Notes: generated by a model not told the origin, from the sequence alone. 64,000 bases of DNA from an uncultured delta proteobacterium (GCA_963810935.1 CAWEPK010000015.1:16827-80826), one strand, 5' to 3'; shown: positions 53,570 to 62,052, counted from the stretch's first letter. Translations and numbers: made by a program.

Positions 53570-54307
53570 CTACTTTACTGTAAACCCACGGGCGGCCAGG
53601 ACCTTCCTGGCCTCGCTGGAGTGCAGGAAAGAAAAGAAGCCGACAGCGTCTTTGTTCTTTGTTCCGGAAGCAGTAAGGGCCGACATGTAGACGACCCTCG
53701 AATAAAGCCCCTGGGGAACCGTAAACCAGATCGTGACCTCTTTGGAAACGAGGGCGTCGGTCCTATATACAAAAGCGCCGTCCGCCTCTCCCCGCTCCGC
53801 GTACAAAAGACAGTCGCGCACGTCGCGAGCCAACACCAGCTTCCCTTCCAATTGCTTTTCGATCCCCGCATTCCTGAGCGCTTCCATTGCGTATTCGCCC
53901 GCGGGGACGCTCTTCGGGCTGCCTATCGCTATGCTCCCGAGCTTCGTCAGCTCGCCGATGGACGAGATCCGAGGCGGGTTCCTGCCGACGAAGACCAGCG
54001 TATTATAGGCAAAGGGGGTGATAGAGGCCGGATCGACGTGTTTTCTTTCGTTCAGGTAATCCATCCATTCACGATTGGCCGTGAAAACGATGTCCATCTG
54101 GGCGCCGCTATCGAGCTGCCTGGCCAGGGCGCCCGATACGACTATATTCTTTATGATCTTGACGGACCGGTCCTTTTCAGCGAAGGAGGCGGAAAGATCG
54201 CTCAGGACGTCCTTCAGCCCGGCCCCCGCCGCAACCGTTATCTCGCCGGCCGTAGCGGAGACGCTTAACGCGATGAGTATGGCAAATGCCAGAACGAGCT
54301 TCTTCAT
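53570..54307 (-). CDS. modA: molybdate ABC transporter substrate-binding protein
   Basis: Signal peptide; AAGAGL, SGALARQ, NTLV, P..VPAGEYA, FVYRTDA. Confidence 0.88.
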   Translation of the reverse strand: MKKLVLAFAILIALSVSATAGEITVAAGAGLKDVLSDLSASFAEKDRSVKIIKNIVVSGALARQLDSGAQMDIVFTANREWMDYLNERKHVDPASITPFAYNTLVFVGRNPPRISSIGELTKLGSIAIGSPKSVPAGEYAMEALRNAGIEKQLEGKLVLARDVRDCLLYAERGEADGAFVYRTDALVSKEVTIWFTVPQGLYSRVVYMSALTASGTKNKDAVGFFSFLHSSEARKVLAARGFTVK

Positions 54308-54320
54308 GCGACCTCCTGCA

Positions 54321-55172
54321 TCAATCGACAGGCCGGATGGACGCCCCGATGTCTGCCGGCTTTCCGAAATAGACAGAGGACAGGACAATGATATCTACGC
54401 CCGTCGATGCATAGCCGGCTACGTTGGTCTCATTGATGCCCCCCGCAGCCGATAGCTTCACCGAAGGGTTGATAGCCCTGACTTTCTTCACCAGGGCGGC
54501 CAGGTTATCGGGCCCCATTTTGTCGATCTGGATGATATCGGCGCCGCTTTGGGCTATTTGTTCGGCATCGCCGAGGTTGTCCGCCTCCACTATGATCTTC
54601 GTCTCTTTGGCCCTTGACCGCAGGTCGGGGATCGTCTTCAAGAATTCGCCGAGGCCGCCCATAAAACCCGTATGTTGCTTGAAGACGAGGACCGTCTCCG
54701 AAAGGCCCAGCCGGTGCGGCAGTGCGCCGCCTGCGATGACGGCCTTGATGACAATCCTCTTTGTGCCCGGAAACGACTTGCGCGTCGTGACCACCGTTAT
54801 ATCGGGATTGGCCGCTCTTGCGGCTTTTACGATGGCTGCCGTCCGGCTGGCGACGCCCGAGGCGTACTCAAGGAGGTTGAGAGCGATTTTCCAGCCCGAA
54901 TGCAGCGCCCCGGCCGGCCCCTGGGCGGCCAGGAACACCGTGCCCGCCGGAAGAAGCGTCCCGCTGGGCGCCATCATGGTAGTTGCGGCGCCAAGCTTGT
55001 CCAGAAGGCGGGCGGCCTCCTCCGTACAGCAAAGGGTCGTCTCGTGACGGGTCGAATAGACTATCTCCCCCCGCCTCCCGCCTATGCCCAGAAGCTGGGT
55101 TGTAAGGTCGCCATAGGGAACATCTTCCTCTATGAAGCGGTCAAGCTCATAATCGGGTATGTAGTGAAGCAT
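54321..55172 (-). CDS. modD: ModD protein (NadC/QPRTase family)
   Basis: EEDVPYGDLTT, NLLEYASG, TTRKSFPG, HRLGLSETVLVF..H, AAGGIN, ADI. Confidence 0.88.
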   Translation of the reverse strand: MLHYIPDYELDRFIEEDVPYGDLTTQLLGIGGRRGEIVYSTRHETTLCCTEEAARLLDKLGAATTMMAPSGTLLPAGTVFLAAQGPAGALHSGWKIALNLLEYASGVASRTAAIVKAARAANPDITVVTTRKSFPGTKRIVIKAVIAGGALPHRLGLSETVLVFKQHTGFMGGLGEFLKTIPDLRSRAKETKIIVEADNLGDAEQIAQSGADIIQIDKMGPDNLAALVKKVRAINPSVKLSAAGGINETNVAGYASTGVDIIVLSSVYFGKPADIGASIRPVD

Positions 55173-55201
55173 ATGAAGACTCCTGTCGGTAATTTCTTAT
55201 T

Positions 55202-55229
55202 ATCGCTCTATACCATCATATATAACGAG
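55202..55229. promoter_or_regulatory. ModE-binding box
   Basis: ATCGCTCTATA-N6-TATATAACGAG closely fits ATCGNTATATA-N6-TATATANCGAT; lies upstream of modD-modA. Confidence 0.8.
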
Positions 55230-55494
55230 TGGTCAAGTATTTTCCAGTCGATCGGTCCTGGTGCGTCTTGCGCACGGCAATCTCTGCCGGCTCGGAAATC
55301 GGGAAAGGTTCGAGTCGTAGTGGGGTGAGATGAAGATGATACCCGGAGCATAGCCTGTAACCCAAAAGGGCGCCCGCCGCTTTCGCTGCGGCAGGGGCCG
55401 ACAGGCTCGCAGGCAGGGAAAGCATGGCCGTCTCATGTGTTGAATGGAAACGGTCCTAAAGGACGAGGCGTCGCCGCGACGGTCCAATTATCGA

Positions 55495-55713
55495 TCAGGG
55501 CTCGCTGGTAATTACCTTCTCTGCTTCCTGAAGCAGGGTTATTGCCTGTTTCACCTGGTCGGCAGTGAGAGAGACCCCGGCCGGCGTCCCTACCAGCTCG
55601 CCGTCGTCCGCAGTCTGATGGAGCCTGAAATCGACCATTTTCGTGCCTTTGACGTTCTTAATGGTCACGAGCAATTTCTGCCTGTTTCTGTCGTTGATCT
55701 TTCCTATGAGCAT
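55495..55713 (-). CDS. PC4/YdbC-like ssDNA-binding protein, copy 1 (72 aa)
   Basis: L.VTIK.VKG..MVDFR...DDGEL..TPAGVSL pattern of the PC4 fold; AAGGAG RBS. Confidence 0.75.
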   Translation of the reverse strand: MLIGKINDRNRQKLLVTIKNVKGTKMVDFRLHQTADDGELVGTPAGVSLTADQVKQAITLLQEAEKVITSEP

Positions 55714-55868
55714 ATGGCTCCTTTTGAGTGCAAAATGTGACGTCCGGAAGTGGATATCGGTATCGCCCACTCAACCTCGACGTCCCGGCAAGCCGCGGTG
55801 CCGTTCAGCTACAGTAAAAGCCTCCCGGTGCGGACGAAAGGAGGCGAATTGTTCCGTTCTGGGGACGG

Positions 55869-55938
55869 CGAAACGCTACAAAAAGCCCAAGGATTTAGCT
55901 TCTCCCTGCGGCATTCAATACGGCAGAAGCACGAACTT
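55869..55938 (-). ncRNA. conserved 70-nt leader element with terminator-like hairpin, copy B
   Basis: Starts 7 nt after TTGACA-N18-CATAAT; homologous to 60131-60200. Confidence 0.6.
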
Positions 55939-55971
55939 ATTATCTATTATGCTCAGAATGCATACGCGGTG

Positions 55972-57168
55972 TCAACCGACCTGTACGGACGGGTGTTCTC
56001 CCGGCACATGCGCTTTCCGGCTCTTATCGTCGTCGGTCCCGAAATCACGGGCAGCCTCGCGCCGCTCGGCAACGACCCCCTTCAGCTCATCCATCAGCTC
56101 CTTGACCGAAAGCACCTCATCTATCCTGTAGCCGGTCGCGCCTACAGTGTAGAGAGGTTCTTCTTCCTGCGGGTTGTAGCCCGCCGAGCTGAGAAGACCG
56201 TTGCATATGCAGAAACACTCTCCGTTGTCACTGTTGGCCTTGCAAGTGTAAGAATTTCCCTGCCTGTCTTTTGGAAGCAGGTAGCCCTTGTCGCAATGGG
56301 GCTGCCTCCCCCCGTTCTTTGCGGCCCTGAACATCGGAGCACCGCGTAACACCCTGAAAGGCATACCGCACGGGGACCCCGGCTTTCGCGAAACGATCAC
56401 GTCTTCCATCCCCGCATCGACTACGGCCTGTTTGTACAACGCAGACGCGCTGCTTTCCTTCGTTACGAGAAAACGGGTTCCCATCTGGACGCCGTCAGCC
56501 CCGAGACGCAGGAAATGGACGATATCGCCGTGGGAATAAATCCCCCCGGCTACTATGACCGGGAAGTCCCCATACTTCATGGCGACTTCCTTGACGGACG
56601 GAAACAGGTTCTCCAGCTTGTTCGATTCGAGAGATAATTCATCGAACTTAAAACCCAGGTGCCCTCCTGCCAAAGGTCCCTCCAGGACCACTGCGTCGGG
56701 CCTGTAGCTATACCTTTCCCATTTTTTGCAAATAAGCGTAAGGGCGCGGGCCGAAGAGACAATCGGAACGAGCGCTGTGTCTCCCGGCGTTTTGATTCCG
56801 GGGAGGCCCAATGGAAGGCCGCCGCCCGATATGATCACATCGGCTTTTGCATCTATCGCCGCCCTCACCGAGTCCTCATAGTCCCCGGCAATAGCCACCA
56901 TTATATTGATGCCTATGGCTCCGCCGTTCTCTTTGGCGCTCGATATTTCTTCACGCACCGCCTCATAAGTGCCGACCGTCTTTTTCAGCCGGCGGGACAC
57001 TAATCTATCCAGGGCGGCGCTCGACACTATGCCGAGCCCCCCTTCCCGTGCGACAGCGGCGGCAAGGGGAGAAAGCGAGACCCCTATACCCATCCCGCCC
57101 TGTACTATCGGCGCCGGGATATGTTTCTTCTTAATCGTCAATGGCGGTAAAACTGTATGTTTGAGCAA
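55972..57168 (-). CDS. nitronate monooxygenase/FabK/FabX-family flavoprotein
   Basis: PIVQGGMGIGVS, PIVSSARA, EGPLAGGHLG, VAGGI, GVQMGTRF, Cys-rich C-terminus CDKG..C..CFCICNGL. Confidence 0.85.
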   Translation of the reverse strand: MLKHTVLPPLTIKKKHIPAPIVQGGMGIGVSLSPLAAAVAREGGLGIVSSAALDRLVSRRLKKTVGTYEAVREEISSAKENGGAIGINIMVAIAGDYEDSVRAAIDAKADVIISGGGLPLGLPGIKTPGDTALVPIVSSARALTLICKKWERYSYRPDAVVLEGPLAGGHLGFKFDELSLESNKLENLFPSVKEVAMKYGDFPVIVAGGIYSHGDIVHFLRLGADGVQMGTRFLVTKESSASALYKQAVVDAGMEDVIVSRKPGSPCGMPFRVLRGAPMFRAAKNGGRQPHCDKGYLLPKDRQGNSYTCKANSDNGECFCICNGLLSSAGYNPQEEEPLYTVGATGYRIDEVLSVKELMDELKGVVAERREAARDFGTDDDKSRKAHVPGEHPSVQVG

Positions 57169-57432
57169 CTATAACTCCGAAAAGGACAGCCAACATAGTT
57201 TGGAGAGGGAAATCCTCCAGTGAAAAGAAAGGAAACTCCTACCTTAACGTCTTAGCATCGCATTTTACTTGCATAGTTTCAAGTTAAAACTGAAAGAAAG
57301 ACGCCGGATGGACCCCGGGGCCGGGTAAAACAGGGTCAAAAGAGGACTTCGCGGGATTCTTTTGTTGATTTCGGGGTAGGCAACGTGAGATAATCGTTTT
57401 TCTGCTTATATTCCAATAAAGGAGATTGGTAC

Positions 57433-57636
57433 ATGCCAAAAGGAACAGTAAAATGGTTTAACGATTCAAAAGGTTTTGGTTTCATTACCCCGGATGACGG
57501 CTCTGATGTTTTTGTTCATCACTCCGCTATCCAGGGCGAGGGCTTCAAGTCCTTGTCTGAAGGCGACAAGGTCGAGTTCGAGGTAGTCAAGGGGCAGAAA
57601 GGGCCAGCCGCGGCAAACGTGCGTAAGATTAAGTAG
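57433..57636 (+). CDS. csp: cold-shock protein (Csp) 1
   Basis: [31 protein letters not shown]. Confidence 0.97.
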   Translation: MPKGTVKWFNDSKGFGFITPDDGSDVFVHHSAIQGEGFKSLSEGDKVEFEVVKGQKGPAAANVRKIK

Positions 57637-57650
57637 ACCGTAGTCGATTT

Positions 57651-57827
57651 ATGAGTCAGCCAAAGGACGATTCTGCGAACGGCAGTATGGGGAAAGAGCA
57701 GCTTCTTCAAATCCTTACAAAACTCCTCGGCTGCGACTTTGATTTCGGGTTCCTGCGCCAGATAGACGAGAAGTACCTCGAACAGCTTGTGGCTGCCGTG
57801 AGGGTCAGGCTCGAAAAGGAGCGGTGA
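57651..57827 (+). CDS. csp-associated 58-aa protein, copy 1 (not in ORF track)
   Basis: Own translation MSQPKDDSANGSMGKEQLLQILTKLLGCDFDFGFLRQIDEKYLEQLVAAVRVRLEKER; paralog at 60632-60808. Confidence 0.75.
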   Translation: MSQPKDDSANGSMGKEQLLQILTKLLGCDFDFGFLRQIDEKYLEQLVAAVRVRLEKER

Positions 57828-57906
57828 GGATCGAGATGACGACGAGGCGGTCAAAGACTTCTCGGCGTACGGAAGGGCTTCAACAATTTCAATCTAAGGA
57901 GAAGAC

Positions 57907-58221
57907 ATGAAAATTTACGTGGGGAATCTGGCGTACTCGGTGACGGAGGAAGATTTGAAGAAGGCTTTCGAGGCCTTCGGACAGGTTGACTCGGTAAGCG
58001 TGATCAAGGATCAGTACAGCAACCAGTCAAAGGGTTTCGGCTTCGTGGAAATGGGCGATTCCTCCCAGGCCAAGGCTGCAATAGAGGGCCTCAACGGCAA
58101 GGACCTCAATGGCCGCAGCCTGAACGTGAACGAAGCCAGGCCGCGCGCAGACAAGAACCGTGGCGGCGGATTCGGCGGAAACCGTGGCGGCGGAGGCGGC
58201 GGCAGAGGCGGCTGGCGCTAA
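57907..58221 (+). CDS. RRM RNA-binding protein with a Gly-rich tail
   Basis: RNP2 IYVGNL, RNP1 KGFGFVEM, VNEARPR, RGG tail. Confidence 0.95.
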   Translation: MKIYVGNLAYSVTEEDLKKAFEAFGQVDSVSVIKDQYSNQSKGFGFVEMGDSSQAKAAIEGLNGKDLNGRSLNVNEARPRADKNRGGGFGGNRGGGGGGRGGWR

Positions 58222-58334
58222 CCGCTTCGAGCGGCCAGTGAAGAAGCCAGACACTTCCGTGAAGAGATAGAAGCACCCGAACACCATGTCACAGAGTTAA
58301 CGGCCCCAACGGTTTTACGTAAGGGCCGGCCTGT

Positions 58335-59636
58335 TTACGGGTTTTGATGTCTGCTCCCCGGATGAGACGGTGCAACTTCGGGTCCGCGGGACTTTTGTCG
58401 GGAGGACGGGACATGCCGTGCTCCCGGACGAGCCCCTCCACGGGCCCGGGCGCCGGTCCCTGACGCGCCTGCGCGCGGCAAGCGTGCAAATTCGGTATCC
58501 TGGGCCGGCCGGGACTTCGTGTAATTGAAGTCTTTCAGCGTCCTCCGTTCGATCTTCGCACCGAGCACCTGCTCGATCTTCCTGATCAATTGCTCGTCCT
58601 CGCCGGTGATAAACGTGAAAGCATCGCCTTTCCTCTCGGCGCGGCCCGTGCGGCCGATGCGGTGGGTGTATGCGTCCGTCGTATCGGGCATGTCGTAATT
58701 TATGACGTGGGACACGCGCAATACGTCGATGCCCCTGGCAGCGATGTCTGTGGCCACCATGACCTGATACGAGCCGTCGCGGAAGCCGTCGAGGGCGGCC
58801 TGCCGCTTGTTCTGCGACAAATTCCCCTGGAGCGAGGCGGCCCTGTATCCCGCCTTCTGCAGCCGCTCGCCGACGCGCTTGGCCCGGTGTTTAGTGCGTG
58901 TGAAGATGAGGATGGACCCGGCGTCGGTCTGTTTCAGAAGCTCAACGAGCAGCTCTGTCTTCAGGTGCTCCTTTACCGGGTAAAGCGCGTGGGACACGGT
59001 GCCGAGCGGAGCGGTGTAGCCGACTTCCACCCTGACCGGTTCACACAGTACTTCCCTTGTCAGGTTGCGGATATCGTCGGGCATGGTCGCGGAAAACATC
59101 AGTGTCTGCCGTTTTGGCGGCAACTGCTTGATGATCCGCCGGACATCGGGCAAAAAACCCATGTCGAACATCCGGTCTGCCTCGTCGATGACCAGGATTT
59201 CCACGTTTGCCAGGTTGATCGTCTTCTGGGTGAGATGATCGAGCAGGCGGCCGGGGCAGGCAACGACGATGTCCACGCCGGCCCGGAGCTTCTGTATCTG
59301 AGGGGTTACCGACACGCCGCCGTAAACTACGCAGCTCGTGAGCCGCGTATGGGCAGCGAGCTTATTGACCTCCACGTGGATCTGCTCGGCCAGCTCGCGC
59401 GTCGGAGCGATGATGAGGGAGCGGACCTTGCCGCGCGGACCGGGAAGGAGGCGCTGCAGGACCGGGAGCACAAATGCGGCGGTCTTGCCTGTGCCTGTCT
59501 GAGCAAGGCCCATGACGTCCCTGCCTTCGAGCGCCTTCGGGATCGCTTGCATCTGGATAGGGGTTGCGGTCTGATAGCCAAGCGCCTTGACGTTGTCGGC
59601 TATTTTTGGGTGAAGCTTGATTGAATCGAAACTCAT
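58335..59636 (-). CDS. rhlE: DEAD-box RNA helicase (RhlE-like)
   Basis: AQTGTGKT, APTRELA, DEADRMFDMGF, FSAT, ATDIAARGID, HRIGRTGRA. Confidence 0.93.
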   Translation of the reverse strand: MSFDSIKLHPKIADNVKALGYQTATPIQMQAIPKALEGRDVMGLAQTGTGKTAAFVLPVLQRLLPGPRGKVRSLIIAPTRELAEQIHVEVNKLAAHTRLTSCVVYGGVSVTPQIQKLRAGVDIVVACPGRLLDHLTQKTINLANVEILVIDEADRMFDMGFLPDVRRIIKQLPPKRQTLMFSATMPDDIRNLTREVLCEPVRVEVGYTAPLGTVSHALYPVKEHLKTELLVELLKQTDAGSILIFTRTKHRAKRVGERLQKAGYRAASLQGNLSQNKRQAALDGFRDGSYQVMVATDIAARGIDVLRVSHVINYDMPDTTDAYTHRIGRTGRAERKGDAFTFITGEDEQLIRKIEQVLGAKIERRTLKDFNYTKSRPAQDTEFARLPRAGASGTGARARGGARPGARHVPSSRQKSRGPEVAPSHPGSRHQNP

Positions 59637-59848
59637 GACACCTCTTTATGATATGGGCAGCCAAAGACGCGCCGCAAACGGATGACTTCATGCGCTGTCC
59701 GTGCTTCTCCGGTTACCTTAGTGCTGTAGGAGCCGGCCCACGTTTCTTCTTCGCGGGCTTCTTCCTTCAGTAATCTCTGTGCTGTTTGCAATAACCGAAA
59801 ACTTAAGACCTGTGCGGCGTGAAGGGGACACAGGAGGCGGGTTAGAGC

Positions 59849-59882
59849 AAAGGGGCCCCCGGGTTGGGGGCCCTTTTTTTTC
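59849..59882. terminator. GC hairpin between csp2 and rhlE
   Basis: AAAGGGGCCCCC-GGGTT-GGGGGCCCTTTTTTT. Confidence 0.65.
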
Positions 59883-59895
59883 TTCTGTAAGATGC

Positions 59896-60096
59896 TCAGG
59901 CTGTTACGACGTTTATAGCCCTGAGGCCCTTCGGCGTCTTCTCGACGTCGAAGGTGACTGCCTGACCCTCGGACAGGGATTTGAAGCCGCTGCCGGTGAT
60001 CGAGGTGTGGTGGACAAAAATGTCTTCGCCGTCTTCACGGGCGATAAAGCCAAAACCCTTTGACTCGTTGAACCATTTTACTGTTCCATTTGCCAT
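59896..60096 (-). CDS. csp: cold-shock protein (Csp) 2
   Basis: [31 protein letters not shown]. Confidence 0.97.
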   Translation of the reverse strand: MANGTVKWFNESKGFGFIAREDGEDIFVHHTSITGSGFKSLSEGQAVTFDVEKTPKGLRAINVVTA

Positions 60097-60130
60097 GATG
60101 GAGTACCTCCTTTCTTAGAATGAAAGGTTA

Positions 60131-60200
60131 CGAAACGCAATAAAAAAAGCCGCAAAGCTCAAGAGTCTTCGCGGCCTTCAATACGCAAAAACGTAAACTT
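60131..60200 (-). ncRNA. conserved 70-nt leader element with intrinsic terminator, copy A (csp2 5' UTR)
   Basis: Follows TTGACT-N17-CATAAT; stem GCCGCGAAG/CTTTGCGGC plus T7. Confidence 0.65.
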
Positions 60201-60336
60201 ATACGGCATTATGTCACAGGGGCAGGACAAAGTCAAGTGAAAAAGCGCAAAAAACCGGCGAAACCCGCAGCAAATGGTTCATCAACGGGCAATTCCTTCG
60301 TCTTCACTGATATGCTCTGTCGCGGACCAGGACAGC

Positions 60337-60609
60337 TTACGAGACTGGGTGTTTCTTGGCGACCCGTTTATGAACCCCCAACACCCCTACTTTCAACCCG
60401 AGCTTGCCGAGCAGCCTGGTCAGCCGACCGACCGCGATTTCCTGGACATCGTTATCCGCCATTTCCGTGAGCCTTGTCAGCAGTCCGGTCGCTTCGTCAA
60501 GCTTGGTTTTGGACTGGGGCATTACCCTGCCTTCAACAAGCGTATCGATCTCCACTGCAAGGGACTCGATTTCCTGCCTTACCTTTACGAACTCCGCCAC
60601 GTTACTCAT
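60337..60609 (-). CDS. hypothetical helical protein (90 aa)
   Basis: AAAGGA RBS; amphipathic helices; last gene of the minus-strand csp3 run. Confidence 0.65.
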   Translation of the reverse strand: MSNVAEFVKVRQEIESLAVEIDTLVEGRVMPQSKTKLDEATGLLTRLTEMADNDVQEIAVGRLTRLLGKLGLKVGVLGVHKRVAKKHPVS

Positions 60610-60631
60610 GTTTCATCCTTTGCTCTCGTCG

Positions 60632-60808
60632 TCAGGCCGTCTTCTCCAGCCTCATCCGCACGGCGACGATAAGTTGTTCGAGACATCTCTCGTCCAGTTG
60701 GGCCAGAAAGTCCAAGTCGGCGCTCGAATCGAGCAGCTTCGTGAGGATGCCGACGAGTTTCTGCCTTGCGGGAATCCCGCTCTGCAACACGACGTCTTGC
60801 TCTGTCAC
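60632..60808 (-). CDS. csp-associated 58-aa protein, copy 2 (not in ORF track)
   Basis: Own translation (GTG start) MTEQDVVLQSGIPARQKLVGILTKLLDSSADLDFLAQLDERCLEQLIVAVRMRLEKTA. Confidence 0.75.
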   Translation of the reverse strand: MTEQDVVLQSGIPARQKLVGILTKLLDSSADLDFLAQLDERCLEQLIVAVRMRLEKTA

Positions 60809-60818
60809 TTTCTTGAGC

Positions 60819-61022
60819 CTATCCCTTCTTCCGCACGTTTCCTGCAGCCGGTCCTTTTTGTCCCTTCACGATCTCGAACTCAACCTTGTCGCCCTCCGAC
60901 AACGACTTGAAGCCCGAACCCTGAATGGAGCTGTGATGGACAAAAACATCCGCGCCGCCGTCCTCAGTGATAAACCCGAACCCTTTTGCATCGTTGAACC
61001 ACTTCACTACCCCTTCCGCCAT
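60819..61022 (-). CDS. csp: cold-shock protein (Csp) 3
   Basis: [37 protein letters not shown]. Confidence 0.97.
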   Translation of the reverse strand: MAEGVVKWFNDAKGFGFITEDGGADVFVHHSSIQGSGFKSLSEGDKVEFEIVKGQKGPAAGNVRKKG

Positions 61023-61103
61023 ATGCCTGACTCCTTTCGTTTTATTGGAATGCGGCGTCAATCCTCAACCGCATTCGGGGCCGGTTCTATCCTGGCCCCG
61101 ATC

Positions 61104-61322
61104 TCACTTGTTCTCGGCAAACCTTGTTTTTGCTTCTTTGAGCAATTCAATAGCCTGATCTATTTGACCCTCGGATAGCGAGATACCGGCGGGCGTAGCC
61201 ACCATTTCCCCACCGTCGACAGTATGATGGACACGGACATCGATCATTCTCGTCTTCTTCACGTCCTTTATAGTCACCAGTATCTTTTCTCTCGCCCTTA
61301 CGTCGATTTTTCCGATAAACAT
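61104..61322 (-). CDS. PC4/YdbC-like ssDNA-binding protein, copy 2 (72 aa)
   Basis: MFIGKIDVRAREKILVTIKDVKKTRMIDVRVH..GEMVATPAGISL; same length as and clearly paralogous to 55495-55713. Confidence 0.75.
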   Translation of the reverse strand: MFIGKIDVRAREKILVTIKDVKKTRMIDVRVHHTVDGGEMVATPAGISLSEGQIDQAIELLKEAKTRFAENK

Positions 61323-61365
61323 GAATCCTCCTCCTGCCTGGGACAAAGCATGGCTCGTAAGCTGC

Positions 61366-61671
61366 TTATTCTTTCTCCCCTTTCCCGCGCACCAGGGTTG
61401 GTTGGCCCTTCCGCACGACATATTGCGTATTTTTCAGTAATGACTTATAGAAATCGATCGAGCTTGTCTCTACCACTTTTGTCTCGTAAAGTTCATATAA
61501 CCCTTCTTTCATCGCATCGAGCCGGATGGCGCAGTGAATAACGACAAACGTCCCCCTCGCCCCGACGTCGATCCTCGCAAGGTCGGCTTCTCTCACGTTG
61601 CAAATGTATGCGCCGTCGTCGGTAGCCAATTGTACGGGCACCATTTTAGCCTGGGAAGTGCGCTCGATCAT
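61366..61671 (-). CDS. hypothetical protein (101 aa)
   Basis: AGGAG RBS; first gene of the run that continues PC4-csp3. Confidence 0.6.
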   Translation of the reverse strand: MIERTSQAKMVPVQLATDDGAYICNVREADLARIDVGARGTFVVIHCAIRLDAMKEGLYELYETKVVETSSIDFYKSLLKNTQYVVRKGQPTLVRGKGEKE

Positions 61672-62052
61672 GAGGTCTCCTAAAAGGGGTCACACAGGAC
61701 CCCGCCTGAAACGATCTGCCGGCGCCGAAAAACCACGCATTAGGGGGCACGAAGACACCCATCTGAAAGAAAAAATGCAGTGAAACAGCCGAGGATAGGA
61801 ACGGGTCGTACCCTGCGACCCTTCGTTTCGAAATGATGCCCGGCATACCTATGAATGGCCCGATCGAAGACCTGGGCGATTCAGGTGAGTACCGTTTCCC
61901 ACCGGAGTGGACTTATCGCCGATTGTCGATGATATAGTTTACCACCACCGCGAGCAATAAGCAAGCTGTTAGTACGCAGGACCGCTCCCCGGAAACCAGT
62001 CCGACCTTCTTCGACAACGGAAAATCAGGGTCTATTCGGGGCGATGACCTTC

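Noticed and set aside
3271..59624. Long antisense or alternate-frame ORFs (e.g. 3271-4449, 7507-8490, 17389-18567, 25559-26677, 48264-49442, 58590-59624)
   Set aside because: They are shadows of well-supported genes in GC-rich DNA and have no motifs of their own.
61860..61935. Fluoride or c-di-GMP riboswitch in the hyp101 leader
   Set aside because: It contains GGCGAT but lacks the remaining consensus of either class; kept only as an unknown structured leader.
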